NCBI GenBank assembly: GCA_030699935.1 | Contig: JAUYKS010000002.1 | Location: 81-64,080, forward strand | Length of the DNA: 64,000 nt | Origin: a bacterium | Lineage (GTDB): Bacteria; Patescibacteriota; SICC01 | Direction of reading: 5' to 3' | Shown here: positions 53,211 to 63,150 of the stretch, piece after piece | Position numbering within the stretch: position 1 is the stretch's first letter | Layout of the letters: each line of letters begins with the position of its first letter | The notes under the pieces: model-generated | What the model saw: only the letters and a program-made list of their open reading frames with translations | The model's database searches: none | Told to the model about the DNA's origin: nothing | Made by a program: the position numbers and the translations under genes

Positions 53211-55934
53211 TTAGGAGGCTTCGAGCTTGGCGAGGGCCGCTTCGGCTTCCGCGAGCTGGGCTTTCGTCTCGGCGACGACGTGTTCCGGCGCGTTTTCGAC
53301 ATAATCCTCGTTTGCGAGCCGCTCCTTGAACCGCTCTATCTCCATTCTCTTGGCCTCGACTTCCCGCTGCAAATGCGCGGCCGCTGCATCGCTGGCCAAA
53401 CCGGCGAGCGGCACGACTACAGTGGCGTCGCCGACCGCGGCCCGGGCGACTTCTCCAGTCGGCGGATTCTGCCCGACCCGAAGGATCGAGACCCGCGCCA
53501 GCTTGGTGATCACGTCGCCGGCCGCCGCGATCCAATCCGGTTCGTCGGTGACCACGTACGCCTGCACGAACGAAGCCGCCGGCGTCTGGTGCTCCGCCCG
53601 GATCCGGCGGATCGTCTCGATCACCTCGCGGATGCGGTCGAACCGGGCGCCGTCCTCCGGCTGGTCCAGATCCCCGTGCACCGCCGGCCAAGGACTGGTG
53701 ATCAGCGCGCTGCCTTTGCCGCTCGCACCCTTGCCGAGGCCGTCCCGCCAGATCACCTCGGTGAGAAACGGCATGAACGGATGGAGGAGCCCGAGGATCG
53801 TCTCAAGGACGTACTTCAGGATGATGCCGGTGTTCCGGGCGGCCTCGTCGTTCCGCAGTTGGACCTTGGCCGCCTCGAGGTACCAGTCCGCGAAGTCCGA
53901 CCAGATGAACTCGTACAGCGCGTTGCCGGCGAATCCGAGGTCGTACGGTTTGGCGAGCTTCTTCGGAGTGGCCGGCTCCGGCGTTTTTCCCGGCTTGTCG
54001 TAAGCGGCCGGGTCGTGGAACGCGGCCTCGACCGTCTGCGCGGTCCGGTAGAGCTTGTGCAGGATGCCGCGGTCGAAAGTCGTAAGGGTTTCTGCCCGCA
54101 GGTCGCCGAGTCCGGCTTCGCCCTCGACGGTGTCGGTGACGAACCGCGAGATGTTCCAGATCTTGTTCGCGAAGTTGCGGGACTTCACCAGTCGCGCCTC
54201 GTCGAACTTGAGGTCGTTGCCCGGCGAGGAGGAAGTCACGAGCATCCAGCGCAGGGCGTCGGCGCCGTACTTGCCGATCATCTCGAGCGGGTCGACTCCG
54301 TTGCCGAGCGACTTCGAGAACTTCCGCCCGCGCTGGTCGCGGACCAAGCCGTGGAGGTACGCGGTGTGAAACGGCGGCTTCAGCGCACCTTTGCCCGCGC
54401 CGCCTCCTGCGCCCGGCTTCACGTCCAGCGCCACCGTCATCAGCACCATCCGGGTGATCCAGAAGAAGATGATGTCGTAGCCGGTCTCGAGCACGTCGTT
54501 CGGGAAGAAGCGCTTGAAGTCCGGCGCCGTCTGCTTCGGCCAGCCCATCGTCGAGAACGGCCAGAGCGCCGAGCTGAACCAGGTATCGAGCGTGTCCTGG
54601 CTTTTCTTGAATCCCGGCTTCGCGGTCAGCGAGACCTCGCCTTTGGCGTTCACGTACGCCGGCACCGGATGGCCGAACCAGACCTGGCGCGAGATGCACC
54701 AGTCGTGCAGCTTCTCGAGCCAATCGAGATACGTCTTCTCGAACCGCTGCGGGACGAACTTGAGGTCGCCGTCCCGGGCGAACCTGGCGGCTTGCTTCTT
54801 GATGTCCGAGACCTTCAGGAACCACTGCTCGGAGATGCGCGGCTCGATCACGTCGTCGCTACGGTAACAGCGCCCGACCGAATGCTTGTGGACTTCTTTT
54901 TTCACCAGGAGCTTCTCATGCTTCAGCCAATCGACCATCTTCTTCCGCGCCGCGAACCGGTCGAGCCCGGCGAGCTTCGGACCCGCGGCCTCGGTCATCT
55001 TCCCGTCCTCGCCGATCACTTCGAGCGGCGGGCCGGCTTCTTTCGGCCGCCGCTCGTACACCGCGTAGTCGTTCTTGTCGTGGAACGGCGTGATCTTCAC
55101 GACGCCGGTACCGAACTCCGGATCGACCATCTCGTCCGCCAGCACCCGCAGCGTTCGCGGACCGTTGATCGTCTTGACCTCGATCTCCTTACCGACCCAC
55201 TTAGCGTAGCGCTTGTCCTTGGGGTGCACGGCGACCGCCGTGTCGCCGACCTTGGTCTCCGGTCGCGTGGTGCCGAGCGTGAACGGTCCGTACTTCATGT
55301 AGTAGAGGACGCCCTCCTGCTCCTTATAGACGACCTCGTCGTCGGCCAGTACCGTCCGGCAGGTCGGACACCAGTTCACCATGTAGCTGCCGCGGTAGAT
55401 CAGGCCTTTCTTGAACAGCCGCTTGAACGCTTCCGCGACCGCGGCCTTGCGAGGCGGATCCAACGTGAACGCGTTCCGGCTCCAATCGCAGGAAGTGCCC
55501 ATCGCGCGGACCTGGTCTTCGATGATCTTCTTGTTTTCCATCGCGAAGGCAAGCGTCCGCTTCTCGAAATCGGCGCGGCCGAGGTCGTGGCGGGTCTTGC
55601 CGTCGGCGGCGAGCTGCTTGTCGACCTGGGCCGCCGTGGCGATCGCGGCGTGGTCGGTGCCGGGGAGGTATAGCGTGTCAAAACCGCGCTTACGGTGGTA
55701 GCGGGTCAGCGCGTCCTCGAGCGCCAGCATGATTGCGTGACCGCTGTGCAACCGGTCGGTTACGTTCGGCGGCGGCATGATGATCGAGTACGGTCGGCGC
55801 TCCTTGTCGGCCTTCTTCCGGCTGTCGGACGCCGGCTTGAACGCGCCCGACTTTTCCCAGGCCGCGTAGACCGCGTCTTCGTAGGCGGCGGGCTCGTACG
55901 TCTTGGGGAGTTCCTGCTTGGCGCGTTCCTTCAC
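53211..55934 (-). CDS. valS: valine--tRNA ligase
   Basis: HIGH-region ..PPPNVTDRLHSGHA.., KMSKS (..RKFSKSLGNGVDP..), C-terminal coiled coil; the track's first ~77 aa are a GC-driven extension, the likely start is GTG 55934 (MKERAKQELPKTYEP). Confidence 0.9.
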   Translation of the reverse strand: MKERAKQELPKTYEPAAYEDAVYAAWEKSGAFKPASDSRKKADKERRPYSIIMPPPNVTDRLHSGHAIMLALEDALTRYHRKRGFDTLYLPGTDHAAIATAAQVDKQLAADGKTRHDLGRADFEKRTLAFAMENKKIIEDQVRAMGTSCDWSRNAFTLDPPRKAAVAEAFKRLFKKGLIYRGSYMVNWCPTCRTVLADDEVVYKEQEGVLYYMKYGPFTLGTTRPETKVGDTAVAVHPKDKRYAKWVGKEIEVKTINGPRTLRVLADEMVDPEFGTGVVKITPFHDKNDYAVYERRPKEAGPPLEVIGEDGKMTEAAGPKLAGLDRFAARKKMVDWLKHEKLLVKKEVHKHSVGRCYRSDDVIEPRISEQWFLKVSDIKKQAARFARDGDLKFVPQRFEKTYLDWLEKLHDWCISRQVWFGHPVPAYVNAKGEVSLTAKPGFKKSQDTLDTWFSSALWPFSTMGWPKQTAPDFKRFFPNDVLETGYDIIFFWITRMVLMTVALDVKPGAGGGAGKGALKPPFHTAYLHGLVRDQRGRKFSKSLGNGVDPLEMIGKYGADALRWMLVTSSSPGNDLKFDEARLVKSRNFANKIWNISRFVTDTVEGEAGLGDLRAETLTTFDRGILHKLYRTAQTVEAAFHDPAAYDKPGKTPEPATPKKLAKPYDLGFAGNALYEFIWSDFADWYLEAAKVQLRNDEAARNTGIILKYVLETILGLLHPFMPFLTEVIWRDGLGKGASGKGSALITSPWPAVHGDLDQPEDGARFDRIREVIETIRRIRAEHQTPAASFVQAYVVTDEPDWIAAAGDVITKLARVSILRVGQNPPTGEVARAAVGDATVVVPLAGLASDAAAAHLQREVEAKRMEIERFKERLANEDYVENAPEHVVAETKAQLAEAEAALAKLEAS

Positions 55935-55975
55935 GACTCTAATAGTAACGCGCGCCGGGAGGTTATCATTAACGG

Positions 55976-58060
55976 GTGCCACGTTCCCGACCGAAGAAAC
56001 GCTACAGTCTCGACCAGCTCGTCGCGTACGCGATCCTGACCGTCGTCGGCGTGGCGATGCTGGTGACCGTCTGGCCTTCGCTGAACGCGGACGGCTACCT
56101 CGCGGCCTGGGACGCCGGCGGACACTTGCTGAAAGCGGAGTTTTTCGCGCACCAACTGCTGGCACACGGCCAGCTCGACGGCTGGTTCCCGGCCTGGCAT
56201 GGCGGATTCGGGTTGTTCCAGTATTACCCGCCGCTTCTGTACTATTTGCTCGGCCCGCTGACGTATCTCTTCCAACCGGAGTTAGCGCTGCGATTGTTCA
56301 CGGCGGCGCTCTGGATCGGATTGCTCCCGGCCACGTACTATTTATTGCGCAGCTTCTCGCTGTCCCGCCCGTTCGCCGCTCTCGGCAGCGGCCTGCTGCT
56401 TTCGCTGAACGCCTCCTTCGGGGTCGGGCTCGGCGCGCTGTACGGCGTCGGCCTGTTGCCGAACGGTCTCGGGTTCATCCTCGCGATCTGGGCATTGGGG
56501 CGGCTCAAGCGAGACCTCTTCGACCGGCGCGGCACGTCGGACATCCTGCTGACCGGCGTCGTCTTCGGTCTGTTGGTCCTGGCCCACACCTTCTCAGCGT
56601 ACTGGTTCCTCCTGGCCTCGGCGGTCCTGGTGGTGAGCGCGGCCTGGGGCCGGCACCGCGCCGGCATCGTCCCGATCCTCAAACGATACGGCCTGGTGCT
56701 GGCCGTCGGCTTGGCCCTCTCCGCCTACTGGTGGATCCCGCTGCTCGGTACGTTCGACGAGATGGGCGCGACCGGCGCGATCCAGCAGCAATCGCCGGGA
56801 GAAATCCTCAAGGGACTGCTGCTGTCCCAGGATTCCGGCGGCTGGCCGCTGAGCGTCCTGGCGGCGGCGGGATTGGCGTACCTTGGATTCCGGCGCCGCT
56901 TCCGCGAACTCGGATTCTTCGCGGCGACGGGCATCCTCACGCTGCTGCTATCCGTCAACGCGATCAACGGATTACTGCCGTTCGGCGGCATCGTCGGCTC
57001 GAGCCAGTTCATCCGGTTCCACGCGTTCTTCGCCCTGCTGCTGATGGTCCTCGGCGCGATCGGACTGGCCGGCCTGTGGCACGCCGCCGTCCGGGTGCGG
57101 CGCCGATACCGTCCGGTCGGAATCGCGGTCGCCGTTTCCACCGTGGCGCTGCTGTTCAACTTCGTGGTGCTGCCGACGCTGTACGGCAAGGCAGGGTTCA
57201 TCCGGGTCGTCGACAACGAACCGACGGCGGAGCTGGACCAGCTGGCCGAGCAACTGGCAGACCGACTCCGGCCCGGAGAGTTCGTTTTGTCCGAGTTCAA
57301 CTGGGAATCGCGGTACTTCCTCGGATCGCCGCACTTCGTGAACCAACGCTTGCCGCGCGAGCTGCCCGAGATCCGCGACCTGGACGGTAACTTCCCGGAG
57401 GGTACGAAAGGCGCGGCCCGGCCGGTACTGATCGCTTCGACCATGGGCGACCGCTTGTTCCTCGGTTCGCAGGCGGAATACCTGCGGAGCCGCGGCGTGC
57501 GGTATCTGGTCAGCACGTTCCCGATCACGCGCCGTTCACTCGACCGGCAGGAGTGGCTGCGGCCGGTCTGGCAAGGGCGGATCCTTTCGCTCTACGAGGT
57601 CCGGCGGTTCGACCGGGCGTTCGGATTGCCGCCGCGAGCCGCCGGGTCGCTGACCTCGGCCGAGTTCCGGAACGGTTCCTATCGTCTCCGGTTCAGCCGA
57701 CCGGTCGAGCTGGCGGACGGGACGACGCTGGCGCTGAGCTATCATCCCTGGCTGGTCGTCCGGAACGAGGGCAGCGCATCGAACGGCGGGACCGGCGAGC
57801 GCGGCGCGGCGGACCGTGGCGACGAACTGAGGACCAAGGATTCCAGCGACCGGCTGGCGATCGCCGAACCGGCCGTCACCAAGGAGCTGACGGTCTCGTA
57901 TGAACCGCCGGGCTGGGTGCGCGGGTCGTGGATCGTCTCGGTGCTGGGATTGCTGGGACTCGGGATCCTGCTCGCCAAACGCCGCCGGATCACAGCTTGG
58001 CTGACCGACCGAGTGCCAGCGAGGGGTCGGCGGAAACGGCGAACCGCTCGCCGCCGCTGA
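55976..58060 (+). CDS. large polytopic membrane protein (possible GT-C/oligosaccharyltransferase-like or YfhO-like)
   Basis: 694 aa, >12 TM in the N-terminal 400 aa, a soluble ~230-aa C-terminal domain and a final TM; ..AWDAGGHLLKAEFFAHQLLAHGQLDGWFPAWHGGFGLFQYYPPL.. Confidence 0.3.
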   Translation: MPRSRPKKRYSLDQLVAYAILTVVGVAMLVTVWPSLNADGYLAAWDAGGHLLKAEFFAHQLLAHGQLDGWFPAWHGGFGLFQYYPPLLYYLLGPLTYLFQPELALRLFTAALWIGLLPATYYLLRSFSLSRPFAALGSGLLLSLNASFGVGLGALYGVGLLPNGLGFILAIWALGRLKRDLFDRRGTSDILLTGVVFGLLVLAHTFSAYWFLLASAVLVVSAAWGRHRAGIVPILKRYGLVLAVGLALSAYWWIPLLGTFDEMGATGAIQQQSPGEILKGLLLSQDSGGWPLSVLAAAGLAYLGFRRRFRELGFFAATGILTLLLSVNAINGLLPFGGIVGSSQFIRFHAFFALLLMVLGAIGLAGLWHAAVRVRRRYRPVGIAVAVSTVALLFNFVVLPTLYGKAGFIRVVDNEPTAELDQLAEQLADRLRPGEFVLSEFNWESRYFLGSPHFVNQRLPRELPEIRDLDGNFPEGTKGAARPVLIASTMGDRLFLGSQAEYLRSRGVRYLVSTFPITRRSLDRQEWLRPVWQGRILSLYEVRRFDRAFGLPPRAAGSLTSAEFRNGSYRLRFSRPVELADGTTLALSYHPWLVVRNEGSASNGGTGERGAADRGDELRTKDSSDRLAIAEPAVTKELTVSYEPPGWVRGSWIVSVLGLLGLGILLAKRRRITAWLTDRVPARGRRKRRTARRR

Positions 58061-59045
58061 GCGCCTCGTCCCGCTTCCAGTATGCGGCGATGCCGATCAT
58101 CGCGGCGTTGTCGGTGGCATATTCCGTCGGCGTGAGCAAGACCGGCACCTCCAGCTTTTCGGTGAGCGATTTCCGGAGCCGGTCGTTGGCGGCGACCCCG
58201 CCGCCGAGCAGCACGGCGGACGGTCCGGTCGCCCGCACGGCGCGGACGGCCTTGGTGACCAGCGCGTCGACGACCGCCGTTTCGAACGACGCGCAGATGT
58301 CGGCGAGTTCCTTTTTAGGGAGCTGCTTCGCGAGGTCCCGGCCGCCGTTGTCCTTCCGTCCGGCCAGCGTCTGCCGGACCGCGGTCTTCAGTCCTGAGAA
58401 AGACAGGTCGAAGTTGTCCTGATCCAGCATCGCGCGCGGGAAATGGTACGCGGCCGGGTCGCCGCCTTTGGAGAGCTTTGAGATCTCCGGACCGGCAGGG
58501 TACGGCAGGCCGAGTAACTTGCCGACCTTGTCGAATGCTTCGCCGGCCGCGTCGTCGCGGGTCGAGCCGACCAGCTCGAAGTCGTGATGCCCGCGCATCA
58601 GCACGAATTCGGTATGGCCGCCGGACACGACCATGCCGAGGTACGGGAACCGGAATTCCTTTTCCGCGGCGAGGCAGGCGTACAAGTGTCCGGCCAGGTG
58701 GTTCACTGGTACCAACGGCTTGTCCTTGGCGAGGGCCAACGCCTTGGCCGTCTCGAGGCCGACGATCAGGGAGCCGACCAGACCGGGACCTTGCGTGACG
58801 GCGATTGCGTAGATTCCGTCTCGGCCGGTCCCGTCCCAACCAACCTTCGCGTCGGCCAGCGCCTTCTCGACGACCGGGATGATCGTCTCCAGCTGCAACC
58901 GGGCCGCGACTTCGGGAACGACGCCGCCGGTGACGCGGTGCACGTCGATCTGCGAACTGACGACATTGGAGCGGACCGTCCGGCCGTCGGTCACGACCGC
59001 GGCCGCGGTCTCGTCGCACGAACTCTCGATGGCGAGGATATTCAT
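57990..59045 (-). CDS. tsaD: tRNA N6-adenosine threonylcarbamoyltransferase TsaD
   Basis: MNILAIESSCDETAAAVV.., ..VPVNHLAGHLYA.. (HxxH metal site), ..VVSGGHTEF..; ATG 59045 chosen (the track begins 13 codons earlier). Confidence 0.88.
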   Translation of the reverse strand: MNILAIESSCDETAAAVVTDGRTVRSNVVSSQIDVHRVTGGVVPEVAARLQLETIIPVVEKALADAKVGWDGTGRDGIYAIAVTQGPGLVGSLIVGLETAKALALAKDKPLVPVNHLAGHLYACLAAEKEFRFPYLGMVVSGGHTEFVLMRGHHDFELVGSTRDDAAGEAFDKVGKLLGLPYPAGPEISKLSKGGDPAAYHFPRAMLDQDNFDLSFSGLKTAVRQTLAGRKDNGGRDLAKQLPKKELADICASFETAVVDALVTKAVRAVRATGPSAVLLGGGVAANDRLRKSLTEKLEVPVLLTPTEYATDNAAMIGIAAYWKRDEALSGGERFAVSADPSLALGRSAKL

Positions 59046-59046
59046 C

Positions 59047-59595
59047 TCAACCCGAAAACCGCATGTCATACCAATCCAGTCCATACTCGGTCTGGATCAG
59101 CACTCGCTCGCCCTCCGCGCTGTGTTTGTGATCTTGGAGGCCGAGCAACTTCAGGGCTTCTTGCACATGCTCCTCGCTTGTCCCCTCGATTTCCAAATAA
59201 GGCGGCATGCCGGGATACGTATCGAGGTCGAACTGCCAGCCCTTCAGTTTCCAAGAGGTGCGGTCCTTCTCCTGATGGGCGTATTTTTCCAGGCCGATCT
59301 CTTCGAACATCGCCGCGAGTTGCCCGGGCTCTGCCAGGTTCAAGTTAATTTCACGGTGCTTTCGGGATGCACCTAGCTTTTCCGATTTTCCTTTCCAGGT
59401 CGCTTCGGAACGTCCGTCCGAGTAACTGCGTATTCGAAGGTACCAGGAATTTTCTCCTTCTTTGCTGCCGGTCGTTCGAAACCAGTCGACGACGAGCCGG
59501 CCGTCGAACAGTTGCTTTGCCTTAAGTTTGGCTAACGCCTGCGCAACACGGTCCCTTTGAACGTCCAGTACTTTCGTTTCGACTTCGTGAGCCAT
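59047..59595 (-). CDS. CYTH-domain protein (class IV adenylate cyclase / triphosphate tunnel metalloenzyme-like)
   Basis: N-terminal EVETKVL (ExExK signature), 182 aa; adjacent to tsaD. Confidence 0.55.
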   Translation of the reverse strand: MAHEVETKVLDVQRDRVAQALAKLKAKQLFDGRLVVDWFRTTGSKEGENSWYLRIRSYSDGRSEATWKGKSEKLGASRKHREINLNLAEPGQLAAMFEEIGLEKYAHQEKDRTSWKLKGWQFDLDTYPGMPPYLEIEGTSEEHVQEALKLLGLQDHKHSAEGERVLIQTEYGLDWYDMRFSG

Positions 59596-59636
59596 AAAGT
59601 CAGTCTAACGGCCGAACCCTGTTATCGTAATACGGT

Positions 59637-60698
59637 ATGCAGGTAGAAGATTTCAGCCGGGCCAAGGGGGCGTGGAACAAGTTCGCGCGCGAAAACCGCG
59701 GCGGCGTGCTGCAGAGCTACGAGTGGGGCGAGTTCCGCCAGGAGATGGAATGGGAAGTCAGCTACCTCGGCGTCCGCGACGGCAAGACGACGCGACTCCA
59801 GGCGCTTGTGATGCGGAAGGCGCTGCCGGCGGGCTACGGCTTCTATTACGTGCCGGAAGGTCCGGTCGTGAAGGGCGGCGACTGGAACGACCCGAAGAAC
59901 CGCGAGGCGTTCGAAGCCTTCGTCGCGCACCTCGAGCAGCGGGCGCACGAGGACAAGACGGTCTTCATGAAGGTCGACCCGCACCTGCCAGCCGAATCGT
60001 TCCCGCTGGACTGGCTCGCGCAGATCGGATTCCGCGACAGTCCCGAGGACGTCCAGGCCGCGGTGGTCAGCGAGGTCGACCTGAAGCCGAAGCTCGAGGA
60101 CATCTTCGCCGGCTTCAAGCAGAAGGGCCGCTACAACGTCCGGAAGGCGGTAAAGCACGGCGTGACGGTCCGCAAAGGCACCGGCGAAAAGGAGCTCGAA
60201 CAGTTCTACGGACTTCTCGAGGAGACGGCCAAGCGGCAGGGGATCACCTACCGCAAGAAGTGGTACTACGAACTTTTCCGCAAGCACCTGATGCAGGAGC
60301 ACAAGGACGCGGAATTCTTGATCGCGTACCACGGCCAGGGCAAGGAAAAGTCCCCGGTCGCGGCGATCCTGGTGACGTTCTTCGGCGACGAGGCCGTCTA
60401 TCTCTACGGCGGATCGACCCAGGCGGATCGCAATCTCTACGCGAGCTACCTGATCCAGTGGTCCGGCATGGAGGAAGCGCGGAGGCGCGGCTGCAAGTTC
60501 TACAACATGACCGGCATCGCGGCGACGGACGATCAAAACGATTCCTGGGCCGGGCTCCGGCAGTTCAAGCTGAAGTTCGGCGGCGGCCAGACCGACCTCG
60601 TCGGCGCGCGGGACTACGTCTTCCGGCCGGTCGAGTACTTCCTGTTCACGAACGCGGACCGCGTCCGGCGGAAACTGGCGAAACGTTCGGGCCACTAA
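59637..60698 (+). CDS. FemAB-family peptidoglycan interpeptide-bridge aminoacyltransferase (FemX-like)
   Basis: 353 aa; ..QSYEWGEFRQEMEWEV.., ..KGRYNVRKAVKHGVTV.., ..GDEAVYLYGGSTQADRNLYASYLIQWSGMEEARRRGCKFYNMTGI.. typical of FemABX. Confidence 0.75.
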   Translation: MQVEDFSRAKGAWNKFARENRGGVLQSYEWGEFRQEMEWEVSYLGVRDGKTTRLQALVMRKALPAGYGFYYVPEGPVVKGGDWNDPKNREAFEAFVAHLEQRAHEDKTVFMKVDPHLPAESFPLDWLAQIGFRDSPEDVQAAVVSEVDLKPKLEDIFAGFKQKGRYNVRKAVKHGVTVRKGTGEKELEQFYGLLEETAKRQGITYRKKWYYELFRKHLMQEHKDAEFLIAYHGQGKEKSPVAAILVTFFGDEAVYLYGGSTQADRNLYASYLIQWSGMEEARRRGCKFYNMTGIAATDDQNDSWAGLRQFKLKFGGGQTDLVGARDYVFRPVEYFLFTNADRVRRKLAKRSGH

Positions 60699-60715
60699 GC
60701 TCGTAGAATAGCGGC

Positions 60716-61306
60716 ATGGGACAAGCCCCGACCGATCCGCTGGTGAGCCTCAAGCAGTCCGGTCTCCGGGTCTGGAATTATTACTGGCACTTCCGGCACG
60801 AGCTCAAGATGAGCGAGGACGAGCTTCGCGAGGTCGGGATCGAAGGCGATGATCTGTTCATCCGGCCGGAACTGATCGAGCCGCTCAAGCAGGCGGACCG
60901 CGCCTTCCGCAAGCAAGGCTACGAACTGATCGTGAAGGATGCCTACCGCTCGCCGGAGCTGTACGAGTTGGCGTACCGCAAACGGCATGCCCGGTGGGGC
61001 AAGAAGGCTACCGACAGGCTCTACAACATGAAGGACAAGCCGCACACGTCGGGGCTGGTCGTAGACGTCAATCTCGTCGATCCGAAGACCGGAGAACAGG
61101 TCCGGATGCGCGATCCGAAGCATGACGATGACGGCGCGCAGACCATCGGCTACTACAAGGACAAGGACGATCCGACGAGCCGCGAGTACCAGCGCCTGCA
61201 GGACCTACTGATCGAGACGATGCTCGCGGTCGGATTCAAGCTAGGCGTGAAGCGCGAGTTCTGGCATTTCGAGTGGCCCGCGTCCGGCCAGCGAGTCGTA
61301 CAGTAG
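60716..61306 (+). CDS. peptidase M15 (VanX-like D-Ala-D-Ala dipeptidase)
   Basis: 196 aa (VanX ~200 aa); ..KPHTSGLVVDV.. (HxxGxAxD-like) and C-terminal REFWHFEW (ExWH). Confidence 0.6.
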   Translation: MGQAPTDPLVSLKQSGLRVWNYYWHFRHELKMSEDELREVGIEGDDLFIRPELIEPLKQADRAFRKQGYELIVKDAYRSPELYELAYRKRHARWGKKATDRLYNMKDKPHTSGLVVDVNLVDPKTGEQVRMRDPKHDDDGAQTIGYYKDKDDPTSREYQRLQDLLIETMLAVGFKLGVKREFWHFEWPASGQRVVQ

Positions 61307-61315
61307 AATGACCCC

Positions 61316-62662
61316 ATGGAGCGAATCCTCGTGCCGATCCGCCAGGCGATCCCCGACCCGTTGCTGAACGCGGTCCGGGTGCCGTATCACTTCGGGTGGG
61401 CGTTGCTCGGGAACCTGATCTACCGATTTCCGGCGCGGAAACTCAAGATCGTCGGGATCACGGGGACGAAAGGGAAGTCCACCACGTCGTACTTGGCCGC
61501 CAAGGTACTGGAAGCCGGCGGCTTCAAGACCGGGCTGATCTCCGGCGTGATGATCAAGGTCGGCCCCGAGGAGACGCGCAACCGGACCAGCCTGACCACG
61601 CTGGGCCGCCTGGCTAACCCGCGACTGCTCCGCCGGATGGTCAAGGCCGGCTGCACCCACGTGGTGGTCGAGGTGACGTCGCACGCCCTGAACCAGTTCC
61701 GCGTCTGGGGCGTCCCGTTCGAGACGGCGGTATTCACGAACTTCAGCCAGGAGCACCTGGAACTGCACGGAAACAGCATGGCGAACTACCGGGCGGCCAA
61801 GGGCAAGCTGTTCCGGAAGCTCCGTCGGGCCGAGCAAAGCACGTCGATCGTCAACGGCGACGACAAAGAGGCGCCGTACTTCCTGGAGTTCTTCGCGGAC
61901 ACCAAGTACGTCTACGGCACGAAGCCGGAGATCCGGGACGTGCACCCGCTGGCCCGGACGGTGGTGGCGGAGGACGTCAAACTGAAGCCGGACGGCACGA
62001 CGTTCACGGTGCGGAACGAGGAGACGGTCCGGGTCGCCTCGCACCTGGCGGGTGGGTTCAACGTCTCGAACGCGCTAGCGGCGGTCTCCGTCGGACTGGC
62101 CTACGGCGTGAAACCGAAGGACGTCGCCCGGGGAATCGGTTCGGTCCCGAGCGTACCGGGCCGGGTGGAACGGATCGAGGCGGGCCAGCCGTTCTCGATC
62201 ATCGTCGACTTCGCCCACACCCCCGACTCGTACCGTACCGTCCTGACGGCGCTTCGCGAGATCACGCCGGGGCGGCTGATCACCGTCTTCGGTGCGTATG
62301 GCAACCGCGACATGCGGAAGTTCCCCGGCATCGGCAAGGTGAACGCGGAGTTCGCGGACCACATGATCCTCACCGAGGACGACCCGGGCACCGACGACCC
62401 GGATATGCTCACCGGACTGCTGGTCAAAGGCATCAAGCAGGCGAAGGGCGGGAAAGGCAAAGGAGCTGCGGGACGATACGAGATCGAGATGGACCGCCGC
62501 AAAGCCATCCGCCTGGCGTTCAAACAGGCGAAAAAGGATGATACCGTCGCGATCCTCGGCAAGGGCGGCCAGCTGGTCATGCGCTACGGCACGGGAAACG
62601 AGCCCTGGGACGACTCCAAGATCGCGGCCGAGGAGTGGAAGAAGCTGGTGCGCAATAAGTAG
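61316..62662 (+). CDS. murE: Mur ligase family protein (MurE-like UDP-MurNAc-tripeptide synthetase)
   Basis: P-loop VGITGTKGKSTTS, ..VVEVTSHAL.., DFAHTPDS; 448 aa. Confidence 0.65.
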   Translation: MERILVPIRQAIPDPLLNAVRVPYHFGWALLGNLIYRFPARKLKIVGITGTKGKSTTSYLAAKVLEAGGFKTGLISGVMIKVGPEETRNRTSLTTLGRLANPRLLRRMVKAGCTHVVVEVTSHALNQFRVWGVPFETAVFTNFSQEHLELHGNSMANYRAAKGKLFRKLRRAEQSTSIVNGDDKEAPYFLEFFADTKYVYGTKPEIRDVHPLARTVVAEDVKLKPDGTTFTVRNEETVRVASHLAGGFNVSNALAAVSVGLAYGVKPKDVARGIGSVPSVPGRVERIEAGQPFSIIVDFAHTPDSYRTVLTALREITPGRLITVFGAYGNRDMRKFPGIGKVNAEFADHMILTEDDPGTDDPDMLTGLLVKGIKQAKGGKGKGAAGRYEIEMDRRKAIRLAFKQAKKDDTVAILGKGGQLVMRYGTGNEPWDDSKIAAEEWKKLVRNK

Positions 62663-62682
62663 CCGGACTATACTCAATCTGG

Positions 62683-63132
62683 ATGACATTCATCGAATCA
62701 GACGAGTTATCGCAAGACAAGGCACCGGACCCCGAAAGGGGTCTTTTTTCTAAGCCCGATCCGTCGGTCGCGGAGGAGTTCCGGGTGGACGTATCGCAGT
62801 TAGAGCGCCGCTCCGGCTACACGACCATGACCCGGATGGAACGGGATACGTATGACGCAGCCAGCCCGCATCGGGGGAATGAGTGGCTTTTCCTTCCGGG
62901 CACGATCGATCCCGAGAAGCTCGAAAAACGGCTATCTGGCCACATTCGTCCCGGCGCCACGGTCGTCCTGGTCGACGGCGCCGATACTGCCGAAATCCCT
63001 TTTGAGGATTTTCGAAAAGTCGATCCTCGGCTGTTCGCGGAGATGTCGCGGTATGCCCGGCACCGGCACAGTCTCGACCAATCCGGGTTACTGATTGAAC
63101 TCACCGAGCACCTGATTCAGAAGAACGCGTAG
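62683..63132 (+). CDS. hypothetical protein
   Basis: 149-aa ORF, no recognised motif. Confidence 0.35.
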   Translation: MTFIESDELSQDKAPDPERGLFSKPDPSVAEEFRVDVSQLERRSGYTTMTRMERDTYDAASPHRGNEWLFLPGTIDPEKLEKRLSGHIRPGATVVLVDGADTAEIPFEDFRKVDPRLFAEMSRYARHRHSLDQSGLLIELTEHLIQKNA

Positions 63133-63150
63133 CTACCGGTAAGATGGGGG

